Source: Eledone cirrhosa (taxonomy: Eukaryota). Taken from it: a stretch of 64,000 bases of DNA. Position numbers and translations under genes: made by a program. Under the pieces are notes generated by a model. The model ran no database searches. It was not told the origin of the DNA and worked only from the letters and a program-made list of their open reading frames with translations. The DNA is taken from positions 21,638,001-21,702,000 of the forward strand of contig OZ024762.1 of assembly GCA_964016885.1 (NCBI GenBank), read 5' to 3'. Each line of letters starts with the position of its first letter. The first letter of the stretch is position 1. Of this stretch, positions 61,416 to 64,000 are shown in pieces.

Positions 61416-61690
61416 GGAGACACGTGACCTAGTTGTTAGGCCAGGTATGGGCTACATTTTTCGAGCAGTGGGCCGCATAGGATGTGGCTTATCATGTGGC
61501 GGGCCACACTACTAAAAAAATACAGAGCAATTTTGGAATTAGGCGTCTCATTCAGAAAGCGAAACGGGCCACATGAGGCTCGCGGGCCGCAGTTTTCCCA
61601 TGACTGGGTTAGCGTATTGGATTCACGTTCGTAAGATTCGTAGGTTCGAGTTCTTGACTGTGGCTGGGCACTGTGTAACATTGAGCAACA
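61416..61690 (+). mobile_element. SINE family 2 head interrupted by a hAT MITE
   Basis: ggagacacgtgacctagt[...]ggttagcgtattggattcacg...ggttcgag. Confidence 0.55.
61442..61606. mobile_element. hAT (Charlie-like) MITE
   Basis: Ends caggtatgggc / ttcccatgactg, internal gggccgca repeats, and an imperfect 8-bp TSD tgttaggc/ggttagcg. Confidence 0.65.
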
Positions 61691-61841
61691 ACAATAACAG
61701 CAAGAACAACAACCACCGCCTCCATCCAACACAAATATTTATGAAGCCAGAATCGGAATGGATCTAAACTCCTTTGATACCGGACAGCTTACCACCCCAC
61801 CTGACACAGATTCGATGATACAAAACTTTATTTTTGAAGTG

Positions 61842-62132
61842 TTTATATACTATTAAAACTCTGTGATTGCTTGCTTGCTTGTCTGTCATGTAATACAGTC
61901 AAAATGGTGCATAATGGGGAAAATACTTTGAAAGGAAGTTGACACTGAAATGGGAATACAAATGGAATAAAACAAGTTTCGGGCAAATCGGAGCACAGGT
62001 TTCCGAGATATGGGGTTTTTCCGGATGCCTTCATAAATAGAGAGAGCGAGAGAAAGAGATAGTGATTGTGAAAGAGTAGATTGAAAGAGAGACATAGAGA
62101 GAGAGGGGGGAGGGAGACAGAAGGTGGTCTAG
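61842..62132 (+). mobile_element. Non-autonomous Helitron-like element, second copy
   Basis: Inverted homologue of 19603-19929, ending ggtggtCTAG then T. Confidence 0.6.
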
Positions 62133-62206
62133 TATTTATTTAAAACTTCCCATAATTATTTTAGATAAAAACCTTCAAGTTTTGTTGTAAATGTCAGTTT
62201 TATAAT

Positions 62207-62422
62207 CGTTTCTGATTTAGACACAGGGCTACCAATTCCGAGGGAGAAGAAAGTCGATTTAATCGACTTCAGTGCGTTACTGGTACTTTATTTTACCGAC
62301 ACCATAAGGATGAAAGACAAATGTAAACCCGGCACGATTTGAACTCAGAACTTAAAGGGTCGTAATACTATGCCACGAAGCACGGTGTCCGACACCCTAC
62401 TGATACTGTCAATCCACCGCCC
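62207..62422 (-). mobile_element. Diverged full-length SINE family 1
   Basis: Head ccaccgccc, core and tail are recognisable on the minus strand. Confidence 0.75.
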
Positions 62423-62569
62423 GACCCCAACTTAATAATGAGAAAAGTTATATATATTTCTAAATCGCTGTAAATTCTTTTTATTATTTTCAAAATTATT
62501 TGAAAATTATAGACAGTGTTTTTCATTAGAAATATGATTGCAAAAGGGTTTAAACCGATCAGGATGACT

Positions 62570-63610
62570 CTAAAGACCAGAAGTGTATTTTCTTTTACTC
62601 AGCTTAGGTGACACTTACTAACAGACAGCTTACTGCTGAGGACCAGAGAAGTATTTTTACTGCTCAGCTAAGGTAGCACTGACAAACACAGTTGACTGCT
62701 AAGGACCAGAGATGTGGTTTTACAGCTTAGCTAATGTAACACTGACAAACAGATGACGGCTAAGGTCTAGAGATGTGGTTTTAACTTCTCACCTAAGGTA
62801 ACACTGATCAACAGACTGCTCAATACTTAAGGCCAGAGATGTGTTTTTACTGCCCAGTTAAGGCGCCATTAATTTTCGTTTCAATCTGTAAAGGGGCTAT
62901 GACTTTAATTAAAAATAAAATACTAACAATCAGACAGCCGACTACTAAGGACCAGAGATGTGGTGTTACTGCTCAACTAGGATGACACTGACCAACAGTC
63001 TTCTGACTATTAATGATCAGAGGTGTGGTTTTACTGCTCAGTTAAGGTAACACTGACTAACAGACAGCTGACTGAAAATGTCTAGAGATGTGGTTTTAGT
63101 GCTCAGCTAAGATGACACTGACTAACAGTCTTCTGACAGCTAAGGACCAGAGATGTGCTTTTAACTGCTCAGCTGAGATGACCCTGACTAACACACTGCT
63201 GATAACTGAAGGCCAGAGATGAGTTATTACTGCTCAACTAAGGCAACACAGACAAACAGCTGACTGCTAAGGTCCAGAGGTGAGTTATTACTGCTCAACT
63301 AAGGCAACACAGACAAACAGCTGACTGCTAAGGTCCAGAGGTGAGTTATTACTGCTCAACTAAGGCAACACAGACAAACAGCTGACTGCTAAGGTCCAGA
63401 GGTGAGTTATTACTCCTCAACTAAGGCAACACAGACAAACAGCTGACTGCTAAGGTCCAGAGGTGAGTTATTACTGCTCAACTAAGGCAACACAGACAAA
63501 CAGCTGACTGCTAAGGTCCAGAGGTGAGTTATTACTGCTCAACTAAGGCAACACAGACAAACAGCTGACTGCTAAGGTCCAGAGGTGAGTTATTACTCCT
63601 CAACTAAGGC
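62570..63610. repeat. ~61-66-bp minisatellite; homogeneous 61-bp units at ~63210-63610
   Basis: Unit ctaaggtccagaggtgagttattactgctcaactaaggcaacacagacaaacagctgactg; older diverged units lie upstream. Confidence 0.9.
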
Positions 63611-64000
63611 GCTATCAATTTTCGTGTCGATCTATTAAGAGATTACCGTGTCAATCATTCATGACTTTTTTTCACCTATTTTTTATTTTATTTTTGCATT
63701 ATCCCACCTTAAGGCCCCTGGTGCAATGCTCTGATACCCGCATGGCCAGTCCACTTCTGTGTATTTTGATGAGCTTAACATCCAGTGAGAAATCGTAGAC
63801 GACCAATTGTTGAATTAAGCTGTCAATGAGAATGTTGTACAATTCCTCGTATTTATGGTATAATTATCGTCTGCTTCCGTTACGTTATCTATGGCTTTTG
63901 CTGTTGTTGCTTGTTCAATTGATCGTCTCGTGTTGAAACATTGCTGTCGTCTGCTTCTATCATTTATAAAAAGTTTAAATAAACGTATAGGTAATACATG

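Noticed and set aside
62570-63610. CRISPR-like periodicity (61-66 bp)
   Set aside because: Whole units are repeated without unique spacers, the context is eukaryotic, and there are no cas genes.

Overview
AT-rich, microsatellite-dominated animal genomic DNA. The tRNA-derived SINE families and (TA)n/(CA)n/(ATGT)n tracts resemble octopus/cephalopod genomes, which is an inference from recognition. Only one protein-coding ORF is convincing: an intronless CD225/dispanin-family membrane protein at 4900-5667 (+). One candidate signal-peptide exon sits at 48213-48288. Almost all other long ORFs in the track are microsatellite artefacts. The rest is mobile DNA: two tRNA-SINE families, RTE and R4/Dong LINE 3' fragments, bipartite RTE-derived short elements, Tc1/mariner-type and hAT MITEs, a non-autonomous Helitron pair and two satellites. 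The most notable signal is a set of type I hammerhead-ribozyme motifs from several sequence-distinct families, typically embedded in (TA)n tracts and often arranged as fold-back inversions, consistent with Penelope-like or retrozyme-type retroelements. Two of these families carry a covariant U3:A8 core (TTGANAA in place of CTGANGA) and share a bulged, loop-expanded stem II. All structures were paired by eye; no folding or database search was run.
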